Positions 1-6,954 of a DNA stretch of 17,233 nucleotides are shown here, one piece after another. A model generated the notes under the pieces. It searched no databases. It had not been told where the DNA came from and saw nothing but the letters and a program-made list of their open reading frames with translations. The stretch spans positions 1 through 17,233 of the forward strand of contig CAXTTL010000093.1 of assembly GCA_964247135.1 (NCBI GenBank). Reading direction: 5' to 3'. Every line of letters begins with the position of its first letter. Position 1 is the stretch's first letter. This stretch comes from an uncultured Deinococcales bacterium. GTDB lineage: Bacteria > Deinococcota > Deinococci > Deinococcales > JAAFIG01. Position numbers and translations under genes: made by a program.

Positions 1-681
1 ATTACTAATCTCTCGGCTCGGTTTGAGAATGATGTGGTTGCGGTGATCGGACTCGGTGGCACGGGTTCATACCTTTTGGATTTCTTGGTCAAAACGCCAG
101 TTCGAGCGATTCGCGCCTTCGATTCGGACGCGTATCACGTTCACAATGCCTTCCGCTCGCCAGGCAGGCTCGAGGAAGCCGAATTCTGTAAAACCAAGGC
201 GGAAGTCTACCAAACCCGCTATGAAAACTTTCGTCACGGCTTGAGCATTGTGCCAGAATTCATTGACAGCTCAAGTGCTGAACATTTGAACGGTGTCACT
301 TTTGCTTTTGTCTGCGTCGATCAGGGTTCGGCTCGAAGCGAGATTTTTAAACTCCTGCTGGCACAAGGCATCCCCTTTATTGATGTGGGCATGGGTTTGG
401 ATCACAAAAACGAAGGACTGAAAGGGCAGTTGCGTGTCACCTATTTTTCGATTGAGGACGGGGCAAATATCCGTGATAAGGGCTATGCACAATTGCAGGA
501 CAGTGAAGACGACCTGTACCAAACCAACATCCAAATCAGTGAACTCAACGCCCTAAACGCCAGTCTGGCGATGATCAAATTCAAGAAGCTGCGCGGGTTT
601 TACAGCGATTCAGAACCACAGTACCACTCGATTTTTAACTTGCGCGATCAAAGCTTGATGGGGAACACCGATGAAAATTGA
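1..681 (+). CDS. ThiF/E1-like adenylyltransferase of a bacterial ubiquitin-like conjugation operon (5'-truncated by window edge; probably an E2-E1-type fusion)
   Basis: Frame is open from base 1 (ITNLSARFENDVVAVIGLGGTGS). Has the Rossmann GxGGxG motif, FDSD...HNAFRSPG (D-x-D...N-x-x-R), K-x-K, FVCVD and IDVGMG, and C-terminal Y-x-x-NIQISELNALNA...GFY. Overlaps the next gene by 11 nt. Confidence 0.85.
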   Translation: MTNLSARFENDVVAVIGLGGTGSYLLDFLVKTPVRAIRAFDSDAYHVHNAFRSPGRLEEAEFCKTKAEVYQTRYENFRHGLSIVPEFIDSSSAEHLNGVTFAFVCVDQGSARSEIFKLLLAQGIPFIDVGMGLDHKNEGLKGQLRVTYFSIEDGANIRDKGYAQLQDSEDDLYQTNIQISELNALNASLAMIKFKKLRGFYSDSEPQYHSIFNLRDQSLMGNTDEN

Positions 682-1075
682 GGTGGAGCACGTACACTTC
701 ATGCCAGCAACGTTACAGCCAGGTGTGCTGTACGTTTCAACAGAATTCCGAACAGCCGCGCATCTTTGCGCTTGCGGTTGCGGGGCGAAAATCAGAACAC
801 CACTCGGTCCAACCGAGTGGTTGCTCGAGGAAAGTAGAAATGGACCAACCTTGCGCCCCTCCATCGGAAACTGGCAGGAGGCATGTCAATCACATTACTG
901 GATCAGAAATGGTGAGATTCGCTGGTCAACTCAATGGACAAGCGAGGAGATTGCTGCCGGTCGTCAAATGGAACACGAACGTCGGGTGTTGTATTTTGAA
1001 CGCTCCCAAAATGCAAAAAAGGGTCGATTCTCGAAAATCAGCCGCTGGTTCAAAAAAGTGTTTCGATCACGATAA
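671..1075 (+). CDS. DUF6527-like Cys/His-rich protein (partner of ThiF/E1 in ubiquitin-like operons)
   Basis: P..L.PGVLYVS, AHLCACGCG, TPL...W, TLRPSIGNW...CQSHYWI.NG.I.W pattern. ATG overlaps the end of the E1 gene. Confidence 0.75.
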   Translation: MKIEVEHVHFMPATLQPGVLYVSTEFRTAAHLCACGCGAKIRTPLGPTEWLLEESRNGPTLRPSIGNWQEACQSHYWIRNGEIRWSTQWTSEEIAAGRQMEHERRVLYFERSQNAKKGRFSKISRWFKKVFRSR

Positions 1076-1139
1076 AGTGGGCGTCAGCAAGAGACTTATG
1101 GTTTTGATGGCGGGCTGGTATTTCAAGCTGTGTTGATAT

Positions 1140-1433
1140 TCAGTTTGAAATACCAACACGGTGATGTTGAATTTGTTCGATCAAGACAATCGAATTCAAA
1201 CTCCGTGAATTGGTTGAGCTTGTAGAGGTTTCCTGTCGCGTATGGACTTTCAATTCCACCTCGGCGTGAAAGGCTTGCAGACCAGATGCCCATTCAACCA
1301 AGACAGGTTTCTTGCCTGGCTCGAGTTTGAGGATTGTTCCAACGCCGAGCGAGGGTTCAAATCGGCATGTCACCGCAAAGCCTGTTTGTATTGGCTGTGC
1401 GCGGTTGAACGTGTGTTGTTTCTTGCGGCTCAT
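1140..1433 (-). CDS. Small hypothetical protein (~97 aa), possible SH3/Tudor-like beta-barrel
   Basis: ORF 1140..1505. The internal ATG at 1433 (MSRKKQ) is preferred because the upstream part overlaps the cassette promoter. Segment V.CRFEPSLGVGTILKLEPGKKPVLVEWASG resembles small beta-barrels. No clear RBS. Confidence 0.4.
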   Translation of the reverse strand: MSRKKQHTFNRAQPIQTGFAVTCRFEPSLGVGTILKLEPGKKPVLVEWASGLQAFHAEVELKVHTRQETSTSSTNSRSLNSIVLIEQIQHHRVGISN

Positions 1434-1482
1434 CTTTGCTCGAGGTTGTTGTTTGAAGTCTTGTTCTGAACCAGGCTTTGGT

Positions 1483-1512
1483 TTGACTGATGTTATGTTT
1501 ATCACGTATTGT
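1483..1512 (+). promoter_or_regulatory. sigma70-type promoter of the mutagenesis cassette
   Basis: TTGACT (1483-1488), 18-nt spacer, TATTGT (1507-1512), in an AT-rich island ~180 nt upstream of imuY. Confidence 0.6.
1493..1509. promoter_or_regulatory. RDRM-like (radiation/desiccation response motif) operator, putative DdrO site
   Basis: 17-mer TTATGTTTATCACGTAT matches the Deinococcus RDRM consensus TTAYGYNNWNNRCRTAA at all but the last base. It lies between the -35 and -10 boxes (overlapping the -10) of a DNA-damage cassette. Confidence 0.7.
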
Positions 1513-1693
1513 TAAAAGGGAATACGATCACATTAAAACCAAGGAGTCCGTTTGGATTAACAGCATCTCGAGACAAAAATCAAGAGGAACGCCGTGCTTG
1601 GCAGCCCCTAGCGTTCCTCAAGCAAACTCGAAAGCTCGAGTTTATGCCGTGTGGCTTCATCATCTTAGCGCCTGATGGGGCTGAGGTGGTGTC

Positions 1694-2914
1694 ATGCAAC
1701 CAACAACCCAATTCCAACCCAAAAATCAAGCTCGAGGTTCTTCCAACTCGAGCTTCGCGGTCGTGTGGATTGCGGATGTTCCGAGTTGGGCGGCGCACCG
1801 TACCGATCCGACTTTAGAGGGTCAAACGCTGGTCATCACGGCTGGTCGGCGGGTGGTCGGGTCGGATGCCAGCGCCCGAAGCTTCAAGGTGCGGGTGGGC
1901 GATTCGCTCGAGCGTGCCCGAGGTTTAGCTCCGAACGCGGTGTTTGTGCCGTTTGAAGCCTCGGTGGTGCAAACGGCTTGGGATGCCGCGTTGCACACCA
2001 TGAACGCCTTCACGCCTTGGCTCGAGTCGGGTCAGGTCGGCTTGGCGTTTTTGGCGGGTTTGAACCGGCTCGAGGTTGAAGCGCTGGCACTCGAGTTGCA
2101 GGCGCGGGTTGGACTTGCGCCGTCTCGGGGGTCTGCGTTGATGGCTGCCTTCAGTGCTCGAGATTCCGAGGTGCGCTTGGTGCAGCATGAGGCTGAGTTT
2201 CTTGGGGCTGCACCGACCTATTTGTTGCGGGGTGCGGGTTTGCCCGGTGAGATCATCGAACGGTTGCGGCTGTTTGGCTTGCACACCCTGGGTTCAATCG
2301 CGGCGCTCGAGGCACGCTACCTTCAAGCCCAGTTTGGTGCGTTTGCCCCGCGTTTGCTGGCGCTCTGCACGGGTTTGGACCGGCGCAGCGTTCCAGTTTT
2401 CACGCCCGCGCTCGAGGTCAGTGCCGGCTTTGAGTTTGAATTGCCCGCGATTGAACCGAACGTGCTGTATCCGGCTTTGGATTTTGTGCTCGAGCGTCTG
2501 GTGTTGAGGCTGCAAGATCGCCTCGCCTCGAGTGTGACGCTTGCCTTAAAAACCACCCTTGGTGTCTCGAGTGTGCGTCGATCATTGAAAGCCCCTTCAA
2601 ACGATCCCCGAACCTTGCGCCATGTGGCACTCGCGGCGCTCGAACGGGCGATGACTGGACTCGAGGTGCTGGCGTTGACCGTGACCGCCTCGGGTTTGAT
2701 GCGTCCAGTGCTGGTGCAAGATTCATTGTTTGCGGTGCTCGAGCGTCCCGCCGTGCGCGAGGTGGTGCGCCGCATTTACCAGGGATTTCCGGAGCGTCTG
2801 GGCAGGCTCGAGATCGTTCAACCACGATCCTTGCTGCCCGAACGTCGGTTTCGCTTTCGGGCGTTGACGGGCGAGGAAGTCGGTCAGCCCAAACGCAAGG
2901 GGCGACGCAAGTGA
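1694..2914 (+). CDS. imuY: Y-family polymerase-like protein ImuY/ImuB (N-terminal part), probably catalytically inactive
   Basis: Y-family fingers motif (SARSFKVRVGDSLERARGLAP), HhH-like LRLFGLHTLGSIAAL and beta-clamp motif QDSLF (2717-2731). The SIDE catalytic motif is replaced by ESGQVG. RBS GAGGTGG precedes the ATG. Sits upstream of dnaE2. Confidence 0.85.
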   Translation: MQPTTQFQPKNQARGSSNSSFAVVWIADVPSWAAHRTDPTLEGQTLVITAGRRVVGSDASARSFKVRVGDSLERARGLAPNAVFVPFEASVVQTAWDAALHTMNAFTPWLESGQVGLAFLAGLNRLEVEALALELQARVGLAPSRGSALMAAFSARDSEVRLVQHEAEFLGAAPTYLLRGAGLPGEIIERLRLFGLHTLGSIAALEARYLQAQFGAFAPRLLALCTGLDRRSVPVFTPALEVSAGFEFELPAIEPNVLYPALDFVLERLVLRLQDRLASSVTLALKTTLGVSSVRRSLKAPSNDPRTLRHVALAALERAMTGLEVLALTVTASGLMRPVLVQDSLFAVLERPAVREVVRRIYQGFPERLGRLEIVQPRSLLPERRFRFRALTGEEVGQPKRKGRRK

Positions 2915-3174
2915 AGGTGCTGCACATCCCAGAAAAATGCCTGGTGCTGCTCGAGCATTCAAGGCTCACGATGGTTCGGTGGCGCAACCGTCCGTGGTCG
3001 GTGATGGCGACGCTCGAGGTCTACGTCTGGCACGGCGAGTGGTGGACGACCCCCGACTTTGCTGGTGAACGCCGCGAGTACCACCTGCTCGCCACCAAAC
3101 GCGGTGAGATCGAAGTCTTTTTGCTCGAGCGTCCCGGTCAGACGGCTTGGTTTGTCTCGAGGTGGTTTGATTGA
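2911..3174 (+). CDS. Stand-alone ImuB C-terminal domain protein (ImuB-C / DUF6504-like)
   Basis: GEWW...RREYH...W.VSRWFD pattern typical of the ImuB C-terminus. GTGA overlap with imuY and TTGA overlap with dnaE2. Confidence 0.75.
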   Translation: MKVLHIPEKCLVLLEHSRLTMVRWRNRPWSVMATLEVYVWHGEWWTTPDFAGERREYHLLATKRGEIEVFLLERPGQTAWFVSRWFD

Positions 3175-6100
3175 GCGGCTTTGTCCATTTGCACTCGCGC
3201 AGTTATTTCAGTTTCAGGCGCGGGGCGAGCAGCCCCGAGGCATTGGTGGCGCGGGCGGTTGAACTGGATCAACCCGCCCTGGCGATCACCGATTGGATGA
3301 GTCTGGCTGGGGCGGTGCAGTTTCAACTCGCGGCTCGGGCGGCTGGGATTCACGCGGTCATCGGGGCAGAGGTGCTGCTCGAGCAGCATCCGGTGGTGCT
3401 GTTGTGCCAGAGCAATGCCGGTTATGCCGCGCTCTGCCGCTTGCTCTCAAAAGCGTTCAGCCATGAACACCCTCACCTCGAGTTTGTTGACCTCGAGGCA
3501 GATCATGGTGATTTGTTGATGTTGGCTGGAGGTCCGGACAGTTTTATTCGCTCTTGCCTCGAGCAGCACCAACCGCAGACCGCGCTCGAGTGGCTCGGGC
3601 GGTGCAGTGCCTTGATGGTGGATCGGGTGGTGGTTGAACTGTCCTCACACCGATTGCCTGGGGACTCGAGAATGCTCTCGAAACTCAGCAACCTGGCACG
3701 AACCGCGAGGTTGCCCGTCGCGGCGACCAACGCGGCTCGCTATGCGGTTCGGGAAGATTGGATTCTTCACGACCTGCTGACCTGCGCTCGGCTCGGCATC
3801 AGCGTGGCAGAGGCACACCCTGAGCGTCCAGACAACAGCGAAGCCTATTTGAAGACAGAAAGTGAGTTGAGATCGCTGATCCGTTCACCCCAAGCCTTTA
3901 CGACCCCGCTGAATCTGGCTCAGTCCTGTCAGATGGACTTGCTCCCCGGGGCGATCACCCCTCCAGGGGCGAACCTGCCCTTGGGCGTCCGTCCCGATGA
4001 GGCGCTCGAGGCGATGTGTCGCGCCGCCCTACCCAAACGCTACCCGAGTGCCAGGTTCACACTCGAGTACCGCCGTCGCGCCAGGGCGCAATTAACCCAC
4101 GAACTCGAGGTGATCGGGGCACTCGAGTTGAGCGAGTTTTTTTTGGTGGTCGCGGAAGTGGTGCAGGCGGCAAGGGATTTGGAGGTGCGGCTGGCAGGAC
4201 GGGGCAGCGCCGCGAACTCCATCGTCGCATACTTGTGTGGCGTGACCGGGGTTGATCCGCTCGAGCACAATCTGTTGTTTGAACGTTTTTTACACACCGG
4301 CAGGGCGGGCACGCCCGACATCGACGTTGATTTTCAATCGTCTCGCCGTCTCGAGGTGATCCACTGGCTCGAGCAGCGCTTTGCCGGACAGACCGCGATG
4401 ACCGCCAACGTCATGACCTACCGATTGCGTTCCGCCGTGCGAGATGCCGCCAAAGTGCTGGGGTTTCCGCTTGAGGTCATTAACCGAGCCAACAAGCGTT
4501 TGCCGCACGGCTCGAGTGCCAAACACGTGCGCCAACACCGTGAGGCGCTCGAGGATATTTTTGGCTCGAGTCCACTGTTTGAAAGCCTGCTCGGTTTGGT
4601 CGAACGGATGGCGGACGTGCCGAGGACGCTGGGACAGCATTCGGGCGGAATGCTCTTGACCCGAGATGCCCTGACCAACCACACGCCGATTCAAACCAGT
4701 GCCAACGGGGTCAAACAGGCGGTTTTCGCTAAAGACGATGTGGAGGCGATGGGACTGGTGAAATTTGACGTGTTGGGGTTGAGAAGCCTGGACGTGGTGC
4801 AAGGCAGTGTAGAGAAGCACCTGGCTGCCACCGGTGAACGGCTCGAGATTGATGATATCGCGCTCGACGATCCTCGGGTTTTTGCTTTGATTTGCTCGGG
4901 CGAAACACTGGCATTGTTTCAGATCGAGAGTCCTGGGCAGATGCACCTGATCGCCAAACACCAACCCAGGACATTTCACGCCCTGATCGCCCAGATCGCG
5001 CTCCTGCGTCCTGGTCCGATTGAGGGCGGGATGGTCAACACCTTCGTCAATCGCGCCTGTGGACTCGAGGCGGTACGGTTCGCCCACCCGAGTTTAGAGC
5101 CGATTCTGAGCGACACTTACGGGGTGATTCTGTACCAAGAACAGGTCTTGCAAGTCACACACCTCTTTGCGGGCATGAGCTACGGCGAATCGGACGATTA
5201 CCGCCGACTGATGAGCAAATGGCGCGACGGCGATCAAATGCTGGCGATGCGCGAACGCTTTGTCAGCAAAGCGCTCGAGACGCACCCCGACTGTTCGCTC
5301 GAGGTGGCTGAGGAGGTCTTCCGGCAGGTCAGCCACTTTGCTGGCTACGGTTTTCCCAGAAGCCACGCGGCGAGTTTTGCCAAAACGGTCTATCAAACCG
5401 CCTTTTTAAAGCTGTACCACCCGGCGGCATTTCTCGCCTCGGTGATGGAATACCACCCTGGGATGTACCCCAGGCAGAGTTTTGTGCTCGAGGCGCAGCG
5501 CTGCGGGGTGACGGTGCTCCAGCCAATCCTCGAGCGTTCCAGCCTGGGATTCACACTCGAGCGTCACGATCAACAATTGGCGATTCGGCTGCCGCTCGAG
5601 GGCATCAAAGGGATCGGTGTGGAGCAGGCTCGAGCCATCGTGCTCGAGCGCAGCGCCAGACCATTTTCGAGCTTGGAAGACTTGTATCGCCGGGTTCGCG
5701 TGCCAAAAGCCGTGCTGGCCAGCCTCGCCCAAGCGGGAGCGCTCGAGGGCTTTGGGTTAAGGCGGGAGGCGCTCTGGTCGCTCGGGGTGCTCGAGACACA
5801 ATTTGGACCTCCGGGCGGTGAAACGCCGTTGCTGCCCACGCCCGCCGCGACGGACTTGCCCGACCTCGAGTTGCTGACCAGTTTAGAGCTTGGAAACTGG
5901 GACGCGCGAACTTACAGTGCCTCGCTCGAGCATCCGATCTCGAGGGTAAGACCACGACTCGAGCTGGGTGGGGTCACGACAATCCGCGAGGCGAATCGAG
6001 CCAACGTGACCATCGCGGGTTTGGTGATCGCCAGACAACGACCACCGGCGGCGAAAGGTTTGGTGTTCTTGTATCTTGAGGATGAGACTGGGCGAATGCA

Positions 6101-6275
6101 GTGCGTGGCAAGCCCCCAGGTCTGGGAGCAACTTCAATCTGCGCTACGCGCCCCTGCCATTATCTTGGCGGGACAAATTCAACGGCGCGGGCAGTGGCGC
6201 GGCTTGATGATTCGGGACGCTCGAGCGCTCGAGGTCGGCTTGAAAGGGGGACGCTCGGGCTTGCCTCGAGCCTAA
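3171..6275 (+). CDS. dnaE2: Error-prone DNA polymerase III alpha subunit DnaE2 (ImuC)
   Basis: PHP HLHSRSYFSF and ALAITD; GRGSAANS; catalytic PDIDVDF; QHSGG; KFDVLGL; FQIESPGQ; YGFPRSHA; OB-fold RQRPPAAKGLVFLYLEDETG. 1034 aa, in imu context. Confidence 0.95.
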   Translation: MSGFVHLHSRSYFSFRRGASSPEALVARAVELDQPALAITDWMSLAGAVQFQLAARAAGIHAVIGAEVLLEQHPVVLLCQSNAGYAALCRLLSKAFSHEHPHLEFVDLEADHGDLLMLAGGPDSFIRSCLEQHQPQTALEWLGRCSALMVDRVVVELSSHRLPGDSRMLSKLSNLARTARLPVAATNAARYAVREDWILHDLLTCARLGISVAEAHPERPDNSEAYLKTESELRSLIRSPQAFTTPLNLAQSCQMDLLPGAITPPGANLPLGVRPDEALEAMCRAALPKRYPSARFTLEYRRRARAQLTHELEVIGALELSEFFLVVAEVVQAARDLEVRLAGRGSAANSIVAYLCGVTGVDPLEHNLLFERFLHTGRAGTPDIDVDFQSSRRLEVIHWLEQRFAGQTAMTANVMTYRLRSAVRDAAKVLGFPLEVINRANKRLPHGSSAKHVRQHREALEDIFGSSPLFESLLGLVERMADVPRTLGQHSGGMLLTRDALTNHTPIQTSANGVKQAVFAKDDVEAMGLVKFDVLGLRSLDVVQGSVEKHLAATGERLEIDDIALDDPRVFALICSGETLALFQIESPGQMHLIAKHQPRTFHALIAQIALLRPGPIEGGMVNTFVNRACGLEAVRFAHPSLEPILSDTYGVILYQEQVLQVTHLFAGMSYGESDDYRRLMSKWRDGDQMLAMRERFVSKALETHPDCSLEVAEEVFRQVSHFAGYGFPRSHAASFAKTVYQTAFLKLYHPAAFLASVMEYHPGMYPRQSFVLEAQRCGVTVLQPILERSSLGFTLERHDQQLAIRLPLEGIKGIGVEQARAIVLERSARPFSSLEDLYRRVRVPKAVLASLAQAGALEGFGLRREALWSLGVLETQFGPPGGETPLLPTPAATDLPDLELLTSLELGNWDARTYSASLEHPISRVRPRLELGGVTTIREANRANVTIAGLVIARQRPPAAKGLVFLYLEDETGRMQCVASPQVWEQLQSALRAPAIILAGQIQRRGQWRGLMIRDARALEVGLKGGRSGLPRA

Positions 6276-6279
6276 ACCC

Positions 6280-6852
6280 ATGTGCGGCAGTTACGGCAAT
6301 CAGCTCGAGGTTCAGGCGTACAGGGATTTGTTTGGTCTGAAGGTTATCCCAGACCTGCCAGAACGAACGCTGTTTAGACCCACGGATGTTGCACCGATCA
6401 TCACCAATCAAACGGGACTCGAGTTGCGCCTTGCCCGTTGGGGCTTTTCGCAACCGCCGAACGCCGGCAAAAAGCTGGCTTTGTTTAATGCTCGAGATGA
6501 CAAGCTGGTTTCGTCCCCAACCTGGCGCGAGGCGTTTCGCTCGAGGCGCTGCGTTGTTCCGATGAGTGAATTTCATGAGTTTTCAGGAGTCAAAGGGGCA
6601 AAAGTGCGTCATGCCTTCCAACCCAGTCACGCCCGAGCCTTCATGGTGGCGGGACTCTGGCAGGACGGGCATTTCTCGCTGATCACGACGCACGCCAACA
6701 GCACCGTCTCGAGCTATCACGACCGAATGCCAGTGATCCTCAAACCTCGAGACGTGGAAGTGTGGCTCGAGCCTGGTGTGGCTGTGGGGGAATTGTTGTG
6801 GTTGTGCAAACCGTTTTTGGCAAATCGAATCAGTGTTAGTTCGATGTTTTAA
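6280..6852 (+). CDS. SOS response-associated peptidase (SRAP/YedK/HMCES family abasic-site protein)
   Basis: N-terminal MCG (Cys2), RWG, FNAR, FRSRRCVVP..EFHEF, AGLW, ITT.AN, HDRMPVIL. Starts 4 nt after the dnaE2 stop. Confidence 0.9.
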   Translation: MCGSYGNQLEVQAYRDLFGLKVIPDLPERTLFRPTDVAPIITNQTGLELRLARWGFSQPPNAGKKLALFNARDDKLVSSPTWREAFRSRRCVVPMSEFHEFSGVKGAKVRHAFQPSHARAFMVAGLWQDGHFSLITTHANSTVSSYHDRMPVILKPRDVEVWLEPGVAVGELLWLCKPFLANRISVSSMF

Positions 6853-6954
6853 ACTGAGTTTTGAACTGAAGTATAAAATGTGAGCAAGTTGTAAAATCGT
6901 TAGCACTACCCCCAATACTATGGACTTCTTTCGCACGCTTTTGAGGTTTTAAAG

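Noticed and set aside
1509-1817. 102-aa ORF (and the 61-aa ORF 1490..1675) in the leader of imuY, considered as a lexA/imuA remnant
   Set aside because: No LexA HTH/AG-site or RecA-like motif. The start lies inside the promoter and the ORF overlaps imuY by 124 nt. The AAGGAG at 1541 is followed by TTG-GAT-TAA.
4290-5087. 265-aa and other antisense ORFs within imuY/dnaE2
   Set aside because: Shadow ORFs expected in GC-rich coding DNA; no motifs.
1300-6800. CTCGAG recurrences as a CRISPR array or tandem repeat
   Set aside because: Only 6 bp, irregularly spaced and inside intact coding frames. No CRISPR array is visible anywhere in the window.
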